Below, one piece after another: positions 24,362 to 36,600 of a DNA stretch of 64,000 bases. Every line of letters starts with the position of its first letter. Within the stretch, counting starts at the first letter, position 1. Location: the NCBI GenBank assembly GCA_020536535.1, contig JAHLWZ010000838.1, positions 1 through 64,000 on the forward strand. The letters run 5' to 3'. Source of the DNA: Pelomyxa schiedti. Taxonomy: Eukaryota > Protista > Evosea. The notes beneath the pieces were generated by a model. The model was not told the DNA's origin. It searched no databases and worked only from the letters and a program-made list of their open reading frames with translations. Both the position numbers and the translations under genes were made by a program.

Positions 24362-25644
24362 ATGGACTTGAGCACGACGATAATCGGGACTGTTAGTGGG
24401 GTCGTGGCCGGTGTGATGGCTACTATGGCTACTGTTGTCATTGAAAAATGCGGAGGTGCCGTTGGGGGCATAGTTGCAACCGGTAACTGGTCAGCTGAGT
24501 TCCTTTTTGTTTTTTTAAATATGTGCAAGTGCCTAGCACTATTGTGCCAGCTTCTATTGGTATAAGCCTCACTGCAAAGAATCGTGGTACAGTTTTTTTT
24601 TTTTTTTTTTTTTTTTTGCCTTTATTTTTCCCCTTTTTCTTAACAAGGGTTGTTGCGCACAGAGGAAGTTTTGGATGCACTGTGGTCTGCTCCTTTTGGT
24701 ATGCTTCTCAGTGCATGCTTTTTACTCCTATGGCGAGTGTTACCTCCTCTTATGATGAAGGGTGCTTTGCGGTTCAAAGTATTGTCGCCTCTTATTCACT
24801 CAGTGCCCGTACCTGTTAAACTGGAAGAGTTCTCGGAAAGTGAGCTTCCTGTTGAGAGTGAGAGTACCCCTGATCAGGAACCAAAGCTGCCCCAATTTGA
24901 GTTTAACAAGCTCCCATCCTTGACATTATTGATGGTGGTTTCTTTGTCCTTATGGTTTATTGGAGCTGTCTGCTTTATATTTCTTGAGGACGTATTGAGT
25001 AGATTAGGAGTACCTACAAGGGCCTCCGGGGGGACCTGCTTGGCAATTCAAAGTATACCTTCTACTTGTAAGGAAAGATCACTATACGAACTAAACGGAA
25101 GCTCAAAGCTACTCTTGGACTGATTGGCACTATTAAAGCCCTACCAGCACCCAAAGGAACCAACAAAGTCTCCTCATGGATCATCTTCTTCCGCGGGCTC
25201 TTTGCTGGAGTAGCCGTGTGCGTAGCTATATACCTATCTGCCGTAAGCCCTGTGGTAGCGGGAATTGCCAGCACATTTCCGGCAATATTTCTCACCACAA
25301 TGGTTGCATTATGGGCAAGCCATGGCAGTGGTGTCTCACGCGGTGCTATTGGTGTGTCAAATTCACCCATTCATTGAACTTTAATGTTACTCACGCTGCA
25401 ACTCCCTTCCCTGTTCATTTCCCAAATCACAGGTCCCATGGTGCTGGGAGCCATCAGTGTTGGGGCATTTGCAATTATTTTTGCGGAAAGCTACACAGGG
25501 GTATACTACCTCCTCCAGTGGAACCAATACCTCTCTTTGGTTTGCACAGCCCTATGGTCCTGGTTTGGTGCCATTATTTTCACAACCTTACCAGCATTTG
25601 GCCTCATAACACTCCTCAAGAGAAGAAGAAATTCCGCTACTTGA
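24362..25644 (+). CDS. Multi-pass membrane protein with two internal repeats (DUF3147-like)
   Basis: Hydrophobic helices. Repeat 1 AGVMATMATVVIEKCGGAVGGIVAT|VPST, repeat 2 AGVAVCVAIYLSAVSPVVAGIASTFPAIF. Confidence 0.55.
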
Positions 25645-25666
25645 GAAAAAGAACTTTCCGAAAAAA

Positions 25667-27740
25667 ATGGCTAGCCGGGAATGTGTTTTTGATCGGCTTG
25701 ATGACGGTACCCTTGGGGTGGTGTTCGGGATTGTGGGATGTGACCCTACGTGGGGTAGCCTGTGGCTGGTGAAATCTGTTACATGTGTTTGTCGACGTTG
25801 GCGCCAAGTTGGTTGGTCTCGATGTGACGCCCTTTGGTTGTCATTTAATCGCGTTCATGTTGTCATAACCGACCGCGTATGTACAGTTTCGTTTCTTTTG
25901 ATTTTTCGTTTTGGTCTTTTGGTATATGATTGGTGCTGTGGAATGACACGAGCGTGGTGTTGAGATTGGTGAGTTCAGGTTCTTGAGGGGATATTGAACA
26001 AGTGCAATCGAGATATGTTGAAGAAACTGGATTTGCATGGGCAGTCCATGTTAACTGACGTCTCCTTCACTGCAATATCTCGTCTTTCCAATTTGCGTTG
26101 TTTGGGTTTGTTATGACATTTTATGCTACTATCTCATTGGCTTCCAGACCTTCGAAATTGCAAAAGTATTCGTGGAGAAAATGAATACCGAAATATCAAG
26201 CTCCTTTCTAGCTTGGAAGTTCTTAGGGCTCGCGCTGTCATCCTACAGTGAGGTGTTATCTTATTGCTCTTTTTCAAACCAACAAACAAATTTACTTTCA
26301 TATTCCAACTATTCACCAATCTATCCTCAGAAAAGATTGTCTTGCACCTGTATGCTCCCTCTTGTCCCTTCGTCAGCTTGACATAAGAGGGAGCAAGGCT
26401 TCAGAAGAAGAGCTCGGAAGCCTCAAGTATCTAACGAATCTCACATCTCTATCTCTTTATGGGAAACGGTATTTTTTTTCCATTTTATACTAACACCTTT
26501 TTAATCTCACACTCCCTTTTCCAGTGTGACTGACAACGTCATCCATAATATATCTCTGCTACCAAAGCTGATATCTCTAAATCTCGTTGCCTGTAGAAGC
26601 CTCACAAAACAATCTCTAGCTGCAATTGGGCAGAATTTACGGGGACTTCAACGATTAGAAATCCTGGGTATAAGCAACATTCCGGAAAAGGCATTGCATC
26701 TTTTACGAAATCTGTTGTTTCTTACACGGTATAACATTGAACTCAATCTCCCACTTACCTTCTGCAACTAGCCTCAATGTGAGTGGTTTAGACATTACCG
26801 ATTTTGGGTTAAAGTTCTTGCACCAAATCCCTAATATTACATCTCTCAACCTTGGCTCACCTGGCATATCGCATGTTGGCTTGTCAAATATACAATCAAA
26901 CTCCCTCTTGTACCTTGCTATTCGCGGACTGGATGTTGACAATCAGATGCTACTCCAAGTAAATATATCCGAGGAGGAGTTGCCAATAATCCATATCTAG
27001 ATTTCCCATTTCCGAAGTCTTCAGGTGTTAGATATGTATGGAGCATCCATTCAACCCAACTCACCTGACCTTGTTGTACTGTCGTGCCTCACACATTTAA
27101 AAAAGTACGATGCCCAATCTCTAAGGTATGTACTCAAAGAACTAGACTCTGCCTTTGGACCAGAATGCTAGATTTCCAAGTGTCGGAATCTTTCCGCAGC
27201 TCTTTACAGAATCTTATTGAACTCAGTATTCCTATTTGTGCTGTAACCGAACATGTGCTTTATGTTCTATCCAAAATTCGAAGTCTACAATCAGTGACCA
27301 TTGATTGTTCCGGTTGTGTCATTCACTTTCCTTGTTTGCTTTGTAACATTATGCAAGAGTTGCCACGGGGAGCCTACAGTCTGTTTTGTAATACGCACCT
27401 TATCTCTTTGACCTGCAGGAATTGCCAATCTATGTCAATTAGAGATGCCGCTTCACTCTGCTCAATCTCGACCTTAAAGGCACTATCTATATCTGGATCA
27501 GATGCCCTTACAATATCATGGTTCAGTCCCCTGTATGCTCGGGCTGGCACTTTGGGTCCTACTGTGGATACGAGCGACTCTGACTTGCCAATTTGGAGTC
27601 TACCTTCCATCCCAAGGTTCAACTTTTTGGAGCTGATTGGTTGTGAGCAAATCACCAAGAAAGACCTACCAAACCTCAACACATTATCCACAGAGCTCAT
27701 TGTCAAAAATTCTCACACCCACTTCACCATAGGCATCTAG
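25667..27740 (+). CDS. F-box/LRR protein (FBXL-like), multi-exon
   Basis: N-terminal FDRLDDGTLGVVF...VTCVCRRWRQV followed by LxxLxLxxC-type repeats (LISLNLVACRSLT, LRGLQRLEILG, ITSLNLGSPGIS). Confidence 0.75.
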
Positions 27741-27776
27741 GATCAAAAAACAAATTCGTATCACTTTTTTACTGGA

Positions 27777-28482
27777 ATGGATGCAATAACCGCGATCAAG
27801 ACACGCCGGTCGATACGGGGTTTTCAGCCTCAGCCCGTAGACAAGGTATAACCAATTACATAGTCAGTGCGAAATTGTAATTGGAGTGTGCAGGGTTTGG
27901 TTGAAGAAGTCCTTAATTGTGGCATCATGGCACCCTCTGCAATGGGAAGAAAGTAACTGCCACTTTCCACAATGACGTTGGCAACACTGCAATAATTAAT
28001 TAGTCCTTGGAAGTTCTACATTGTGAGCAATTCTGATGTCAGGAACACCATACTCCAAAGGACTGGCAAGAACCAATGGGGTGCTCCTGTACTGGTGTTT
28101 ACTACTTTGGGTAACTTTCAAGCACTCCTTCTACCTTCCACTGTTGTTAATTTCACATTGAAGAAAGTGATTAAATATTTACAGTGAATCCATTCCCTGG
28201 TTACAATGAGTATGACTGTGCTGTCTGTCACCAAAATATGATGGTTGCAGCTCAATCTCTGGGTCTGGGCAGTTTGATTCTATCTTACAACTATCCAACA
28301 AGTATCTTTCCCCTTTCTCTTTTCAACAACCAAGCACAATCCCAGATCAACTACCAGCAGTCAAAGACATTCTCCAGATACCAGATGGGGAGGCCCTCAT
28401 GACTGAGTGCATCGCACTCGGCTATGCAGCAAAAACACCCCCTCAACCATCTCGTTCCCTTAATGCCCAATGGATGGAATGA
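27777..28482 (+). CDS. Nitroreductase (FMN-dependent NfsB/Nox-like), multi-exon
   Basis: MDAITAIKTRRSIRGF, APSAMGR..PWKFYIV, DCAVCHQNMMVAAQSLGLGS, IALGY. Confidence 0.9.
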
Positions 28483-28601
28483 CGTCACTTGGTGTCCAAC
28501 AGTTTCACTACTGATGCCGACTAGCACCTCACATTCCCAAATAGCGCAACAAAACCCCCCACAGCTCCTCGCTGCTCAGGATAAAAAAAATCCCAAACAC
28601 A

Positions 28602-30122
28602 ATGAATCACTCGACACCCCCTTTGGTCATTGTGTTTCTTGCAGTTGGTGTGTTATTCACTGCAAGTTGTGGTGGTTATTCCTGCTACGAGCCCATTGAC
28701 ACGTTCCTCAGCCTGTTCTGGAGCACGTCCGACGCGTACATCAACAAATACAGCCCAAACACTGGCCAGTTGTCAGAGTACTGGAACTACGCTGAATGCC
28801 TAGACACTGTCATTGATGGAGTGGTGTTGGCAAGGGCTGGGTTGTGGTGGGTATTATCCTATGTAATATGTGTCAAAATGCTTTAGTTTACATCGCAGTT
28901 AATGCCAACATTGTGAAAAATAGATATTAATAACTAACTGACACTGAACTAGTGATGGAACGGGTCCGGAATTGCCGTTTGATTATGAGGAGTATGTGGA
29001 TATTATGTACACTACACAGGCAGCTAAAGGCTGGTTCAGGGATTACTATGACGGTAATGAGAATGATATGCTCAACTTGACTTAGTTATGTGGCTAGACA
29101 TGAATTGGATGGGGATGGCCCTGATGCGGGCCTATATTCTTCTGGGAGATAATAAATATCTCACCACTGCACAATCACTCTATTCCAAAATAGAGGCACA
29201 GTGGGACACAACGTGCTGTGGTTCCCATAAGGGTGGTGTATCAATTTTCCTGAATTAGTGCATTATTGTGACATGTTTCCTTTATCCTTTTAAGATATGG
29301 TGGGATTCAGCCCACTCTCAGAAAGCTTCTGCCTCCAATGCTGGTCCTGTGGTTCGTTTACCGTCCGTGATGATGGCCTTATTATTTTTCAGATATTTGC
29401 CATGATGTTATACAATATTTCTGGGGACTCTAACACTCTCAATTTTGCCAAACAGGTCTACCAATTTTGGTATTCCTCACTCCCAAGGGGGCATTCTCTC
29501 ATTGCTTTATAAACCAGGTGGGACAACATGGTCAATCAGGAAACCGGTCAAGTGGCTGATCACTTTGACAAGTCGGGGTCAATAACATGGTGGAAGTTCA
29601 CGTACAATGAAGTGGGTACTCATCACTTTTTTGCCCATTCAATATTCGAAATAGGGGCTGATGATTGGAGCTTCTGTTTCTCTATATAATGCAACTGGGG
29701 ATTCAACCTACCTGAGCAACGCCCATAAAATTGCCACTTTCATGGTAACACAAAATAGTCAATTCGCGATACTACACTAATCTACGGACTTCTAGATCAG
29801 CAATGAAGTTATTTCCTCCTCCTGCGGCAATGTTCTCTATGACGGATCTTCATGCAGTGACACGGACTGTGCACAATTCAAGGGGCCGGGGTACCGGCAC
29901 CTCTCCAGGCTGAATGAATTCCCACCCACAAATAGCTATTCTGACATTCTTGACGCTTGCAGCTGCTCCCTTACAGTTAATGCAAGGCAATCATCAACGG
30001 GAGCCTATGGGCATTCGTGGGAAGGACCAGCACCATCTGATGGGGACACCATCAACAACGCTGAGGAATCAGCTGCAGTCATGGCTTTAGCAATAAATGC
30101 AAGGAACAAAAATCGTTTGTGA
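28602..30122 (+). CDS. Secreted GH76 alpha-1,6-mannanase-like protein, multi-exon
   Basis: Signal peptide, YWNYAE, spliced DYYD|DMNW with the adjacent catalytic Asp pair, GG|IWW, KASASNA, WWKFTYNE|GLMIG, DCAQFKG. Confidence 0.85.
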
Positions 30123-30159
30123 AATTGCTCTCGTTGGTTTTTAAAAAAGTTTTTGGGAC

Positions 30160-31823
30160 TCAAAGCCCACTCTGAGTGAGAAGGGTTATCAGTCTCTCAG
30201 TCAGGGCTTCCAGTCGTGGAACTGTGTCTGGGGGTGCATACCCTATAAGAGTACACGACAGCTTTCCTGCAGCTGTGGCGCTGTAAAGCAGAGGATCCTC
30301 TGGAGTAACACTATTTCCCCCTGAGGCCATAAAGTCTGACAGAAAGTAGGAAGCAGTGGGTGATTCGCCAATTGCGTCAATACCAAAAGTCCTACCAATA
30401 TCCCCAAGATTTGACACCTTAAAATGTCATGGAGGGAGAAAAGAAGGAAGCCCGCATACCAGAAGGAAAGTCTCATCAGGAAATCCTGGCCGTAGTGGTC
30501 TGTCTCGAAGCATCTCTGTTGTAAATTCAATCTGCGGGCGAAGTAACTGCCCACCAGGCCGTCGCTCTCTTGGAAGAGATTCCACAAGCAGGTTGTGCCA
30601 ATCACGTGCCATCTCCCAAAGAAGGTTGATATCCTCAGATTGACCACTTGAAGAACCTGTGCATAATCGGCGCGAATATGGACCTAACGGAAGGCCAGCT
30701 GTGTTTACAGAAAATAATTCATTTCCTGGCTGTCTCAAATTCACTGGCACATAGGCTGTAATTTTCTTACACGATTCCCCTAGCATCATAGCAGCAAGTA
30801 AAAGAGAAGTAACGGTTACTCCATGACGCCTGCACGCCTGTCGATATTTAACAAATAATATGCATAACTATTTCCCGGCACCTGGGCAAGGGCACTTGTT
30901 TCTTCTTTACTCAAGCTGAAAGTGTGTATGGAAGGGTGTGCAGTTCCGACCATTGATTCAAGAATTGGACGTATTTCTAAATAGTACTTTTCCCACGACT
31001 GTGGTTCTACGAATTCAGAACCTGCCATTTTTCAGTTAGCAACGTAAGTATGTACAGTTGAAAGTGATACCCGGAACACGTTCTCCATGTGGAGGGGGGA
31101 TTGGTTGCGGGGGATCAAGCGGCACGCAGTTCAAAGCTTTAAGGATATCCCGTGCGAAGATTGCCATTGAAAGTCCATCCTAACCAGACTGAGAAATAGT
31201 GACCAGCCAAGGTGAGCACACCATGACACAATGCGCAAATTGTGCAACAACGAAAAACTTAGGTATCGCGTCGACTACAACGAGAGTGCATTTCCAAGTA
31301 TTGGTGCTCTGCCAAAACCCACTGGAAAAGCTTAATGCAATGTCTCAGCAAGTGGAAGTTATACAGTACAGTTTCTTTCCAAAATTCCCATGCCGCTTCC
31401 ACGGTGTTCACATGAATTACAGTCATTGGTAACCTCGCAATAAGCTGAGACGGGGATTCAGGCTCAGCAGGTACATGAACGTACCTGGGAAAATTGCAAT
31501 AAGGATCTATACTCAATACAATCTTGTATTACTACAACAAGAGCAAAACGAACCTATCACTTGGAGGGCCCAACTTTGCTCTCAGAAAGGGGTACCGTAA
31601 AGCTGCCATAGCAACAGCGTTCGAGATAAAGTCGTCTTCCAGTCTTATTGGCTCATGTTTCTTCTCAAACCCCATCATAATAACTGGGTTCCATATGCCC
31701 AAGCAATGTGTGAAATACTTTGCAAAAAAAGATGAGAAATGATCTCACACGGCAACTAATTATGTTCAACAATTACACCACTAAATGGTGTACCTCCATT
31801 GGTGACATCCAGTAGTCGCCCAT
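30160..31823 (-). CDS. CoA-dependent acyltransferase (condensation/AATase/PapA5-like fold), multi-exon
   Basis: AALRYPFLRAKL, catalytic HxxxDG (AHCVM|DGLS), YVPVNLR, SNLG. Confidence 0.75.
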
Positions 31824-31924
31824 TTTCGTGATGTAGTTTTTATGAGGTATTAATTATCAGATCTTTATCGTCCCGATCTCGAAAAAGAAAAGAAAAGGCG
31901 TTCTCTTCTTGGAATGTGATGGTG

Positions 31925-33463
31925 TCATGGCGAAACAAGGTCGCAGGTAGAAGCAGTGTTGAGTTCACTGAATTGTACTCCCCAGTTGGTGACTGTGGTG
32001 CCATTGAGTTGCAGGAGTTGGCCTCTGAGTAGTGGTGCTATGGTGGTTCCTTGTTTGTAGGCTTCGAGTGCAAGCCTCGATTTGACATAATAAGCAGCTG
32101 CCCGGTTATTTGTCAGATATTCAACGGCATCTTGGCCTGAAGAAATGGCAGTGTGAGTTTTTGACTCGTTATATTAGATGGGAAAAAACCTACCTTGAAC
32201 TGGGGGAAGTGCCGCTCTCGAGTCTCTCCACGACTTGTAACCATCAATAACAGACTGCGGAATAGTGGAATGTAGGCGTGACACAAGTTCCCAAAACCAA
32301 AGAATAATTTCATAAACAAACCCTGGGGGGAATGTGCTCTCGATCGCGTGCATGAATTCCAGCTGAGAAGAACAGGCCCCGAATCTTTTTTTTTTTTTTT
32401 GTTTGTGAGTCAGAGGAAATTGCAGTTGGGTGGCAATATACTCCTTTATCCACATATTCTCTGCCGATGTAGGTCCAATTGTGGAATATTGCATGCAATG
32501 AACCATTTCATGGAGTGGAGAGTAGCTGCAAGAAAATAGAAAATCTCGCAAGATTCTTCCTTGAGGTCTGTTGAGGAAAAAGGATAGAAAAATGTGAACT
32601 ACTGCTTGTATACCCGGTCTTGGTGCAGTTATTTCCCAGATCTGTTTATGATCCTCATTGAACAAATTGGCGTCGGGGAACAATAAAATTCTGGTCCCAG
32701 CAGCTTGAAATGTTATTTCATCTGCCGGCATCCCAATTGGAAAGATTGGTGAAGCTTCAAGCTTGTTTTGTTTTGTTTTGATTGGTTCGTTTTTATTCCT
32801 AGTTGCCAGCAGTATTTCATTTCATTCAAAATAGACATAGTGATAATTGGCAATAGCTGTATCGATTTCATTTCGTACCCTGGGATCTAGAATTCCCCTT
32901 GCCACAATCTCAGGAAGCTCCCTTTTTATGAATTCTGTTCCGGCAGCCAAAACCCTCCCCACCCACTCCACATAGTTCATGCTACCCACGACTGAGATTC
33001 TTCCCTCCAGCCACCTCCTCAAGCACCCCACTCTCCTCCCGCACAACCACGCCGCGCCCCTCCCCGTGCCCATGGCCATCCCCGCGCATCCCCGGCAGCA
33101 GCGGCAGCCCCCCCCGGCCTCGCTCTCCCCCCACCCACACGCCCCCTCGCCCTCGCCCTCGCCCTGGCCCAAACACCCACCTTTCAGTCCAAACACCCCT
33201 GGGGCGACTCCTTCTAGGGTCAGGCCCAGGTGCTCGAGGAGGGCGTCCACTCGGCCCCTGGCCACTTCCATGAACCTACGCTCGAGGGCACAGGCACCCC
33301 CGTCGCCGTTCAGGTCCCACAAGCACGGAGTGCCGCATATTCCTACGACTATAGCAGCCTGCGTCGACGAGGGGTTAACCTCGTGGAACCTGTCCACCAA
33401 CGTCAACAACGTAGAGGCATCCACGAATGTCAAATTGCTCTGCGTGGCCGCCGACATTGTCAT
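31925..33463 (-). CDS. Hypothetical protein with gluzincin metallopeptidase motif
   Basis: HEMVH (32498-32512) followed by exactly 18 residues then E (WIKE). Exons join in frame. Confidence 0.55.
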
Positions 33464-33635
33464 CAACACCCAACCGCCTCGGCACACGGAATTCGACACA
33501 AGAAACCAAAATGCCAATTGGCTTTACCGTTTGAGAAAAACCATCAACAACCACCGTTCCGAACACCAAAAACTGAACAAACAAAAAAGAAAAGCACACG
33601 AAGGCAAGGAGTCAGAAGAGAAGGAAAAAAAAAGC

Positions 33636-36600
33636 ATGGCGACCTCCGAGTAGTACGTGCCTCCATCCCATAATTCCCGATGTATAAATACGAGGCACTC
33701 ATGCACTCAAACTGACCCACTCAATATACTTCAACACAACAAACAACAGTATCACTGTGTTGATATCACGAGAGGGGGAGAGACACACCACGCCGGTTGG
33801 AATCGGCACGCACGACACCCTCTCGTCACTGGCCCTTTTGGTCCAGGACCGTTTCAATGTGCCCATGGCCTCGCAGCGCCTCGTGTTCCACGGCAAAGTA
33901 CTCCGCAGCGACGACGACGTGACCAACATGTCCGACGTCGGCATCGCAAACGAATCTGTAGTATATCTCATGAAGCCCAGGACGCCCCCTCCTCCTTCTA
34001 GTGCCACTACAAGCACTACTACAACCACTTCGAGCAGCCATGATGAATCGTCACATGCCGCCAGTCGTAATTCTGCGAGGGAAAAGGAGGGCGATGATGA
34101 TGATGACGACGACGACGGAGCTGATGACGCCGATGGGGAAGGGGAAGAGGTGCAAAGCGGGTTGAGATCGAGGAAGGGAAAATCAATGTTTGACGATTCG
34201 GGTGATAATGATAACGATGTTGGCCAAGGACTACTGGAATACGAGAGGGAGGAAGAGTTTGATGATGTACAGAGAGACCGGGTTCCACATGGTGATGATG
34301 TGGAATTTGAAATTTACATCAAATGTTCTGGGTGAGTTAGAGAGTGCTCCCCGCTTACCACCACCTTTTTTTTCCCTTTCTTTTGAGCAGTGGGGTGATA
34401 CGTACTCTCTGACTAACATTTTTTGTTTCCTTAAGGTGTGCCACTTTCCCACTTCAAGTTTCCTCTTCAACAACAGTAGCATCACTTAAGCGGGAAATTC
34501 AAGATAACGTGAAGGCTCATCCATCAGAGATGACTATGGTTTTATTATTTATATGTTGTCTTCCTAACAGGAAAAAAGATGTATGCCGGTAAACCACTTT
34601 CTGACCTATCAAGCCTATCCCAGTACAATGTACCCATTTTCTATGTCGCCATCCTCTAAAAACTTTTCTTCTCCACAAGGTCTCGAAGGAAAGTGTTATT
34701 TCTGTTGTAGTTAAACAAGCGACTTCGATAACCTTGATTGTTAAATTTTCAACTGGAAAGGTACCTTATACACTAAAACAATCCGTTTTGAATGTGAATT
34801 TTCAGGTTGTGTCAATAGCTATGGAGAGTACAGATACAGTGGAAGACTTGAAACTAAGACTGTCGGACACACCTGGAGTTGAAATGCCTTCACAAGGGAT
34901 TCGGCTATTTTTCAAGCAAACGGAACTTGTAGAGGATACTAACACCCTTAGTCAGTATGGGTTGTCTAATGAGTGTGTTATTAATGTAGTCTTCCGCAAA
35001 ACTCCAAGTATTTTTCTGGCTTCAAATGGTAAAAACAGCTCTTAGTATTACGTTTTCTGAGATATATTTTTAAGATACTTGGTGGAGCTTACTGCTTCAA
35101 TCTGCTTGGGGTGCCCTTCGCGCGTTGATCACTCCTGTACTGGTAAATGTTATGTAACATGTCTACATCTATTTAACACTCCGTTGTAGAATACGTTGTA
35201 TCAAATAGTTAGATTTTTTGGACGATTCCTGCACCCTCTGGTTCAAATTAAGCGCTTGTTCATTAGTTTTGTTTGGCGTCTCGGGTCTCATCTAAAACTT
35301 TGTGTGTAACGTATTCGAGAATCTTGCAGGCATCTTCTAATGCAATTTCAGGTTTTTCGTGGCTTCAGAACACTGTCAGGCCCATTATTCACTTGTATGA
35401 GTCCACTTTTTCCTCTCATGAAGTTAACCCTACCTAGGCTGGCAACTATCTACCATACAACATGGGACAGGATTGTATCTGTTGCTAGACTTGTGCAAGG
35501 TTAATCCTCCCTATCCTTAAACCTTCTAATCTAGTTCAGTTGTTCTACGGTCAGTATTCAATAAAGTATCAACACCGTGTCGCTTCCTATACAGGATAGT
35601 CTCTTCAGTTGTCAGGTGGATATGGAATAACCCTGTGTCCTTTGTAAAAACAAGTGTGGACCCTTAATAACCTTGACTTTTTCCCTAACAAAATATACAA
35701 ATCACCAGAACTCGGACAGGTAATGACCCTGTGCACTACGGTAATGAAACGTGGTTGGAATCTCCTAACGGCAATTCTTTCATCACTTCAACGTGTGACT
35801 TCGTCAATTTTTGCCATAGTACGACGAAAGGTATCTGATGTAGCCCATACACTGTGGGGATATACTACATCCCTGGCTTCAAATGTTTGGCGGTTCACCA
35901 CATCTGTTGCATCGAATGCTTGGCGACTTACAACTTCAGTTTCTTCTGCTGTCTGGAGGCACACTTCAGCTGTTGCCTCTACTCTGTGGCGTTATACCAG
36001 TTCTACGGCATCCACCTTGTGGCGATATTCATCGACCGTAGCGTCAGCGCTATGGAACAAAGTAACCACTGTCTCTTCTGCGGTCTGGCGTTGCACTTCT
36101 TCGACATTGCGACACGTATCCTCAGCTGCCAAATGGATGTGGGACCGTAGTGTTGGTGTCTGCTCTGTGTTGAGACGTTACTCGTCCCGCTGTGTTTCTG
36201 CTCTATGGCATCAAACCTGCCTAGGGGCTTCTAGACTAAAACGACTTGTTCACAATACAACGCACGCGGTTATCAATTTCATCTCACCGATATTCTCTTC
36301 TATTTGGACTTTCTCCAAGTCTGTCGTGCATACAATCTGGGATCACACTTGTTCCATCTTAACCAGAGTCTGGCGAAGTTTCTCTTCCGTATGCTGCACA
36401 GTAGGTAGGGCAGCGGAATCTCTTTGGAAAAGAGTCTTGTACCCCATTATATCTTCAGTCTGCCGAAATTCCTATAATCTTTTGTACCGACTTTTATCCT
36501 TTGTATTTACTAGTGTGTACCACAGTAGTTAACGTTAAGTGACACTTGACAGAAACTAAAAATATTATTCACGCAGTATTTTCACATATAAGTCGCGTCG

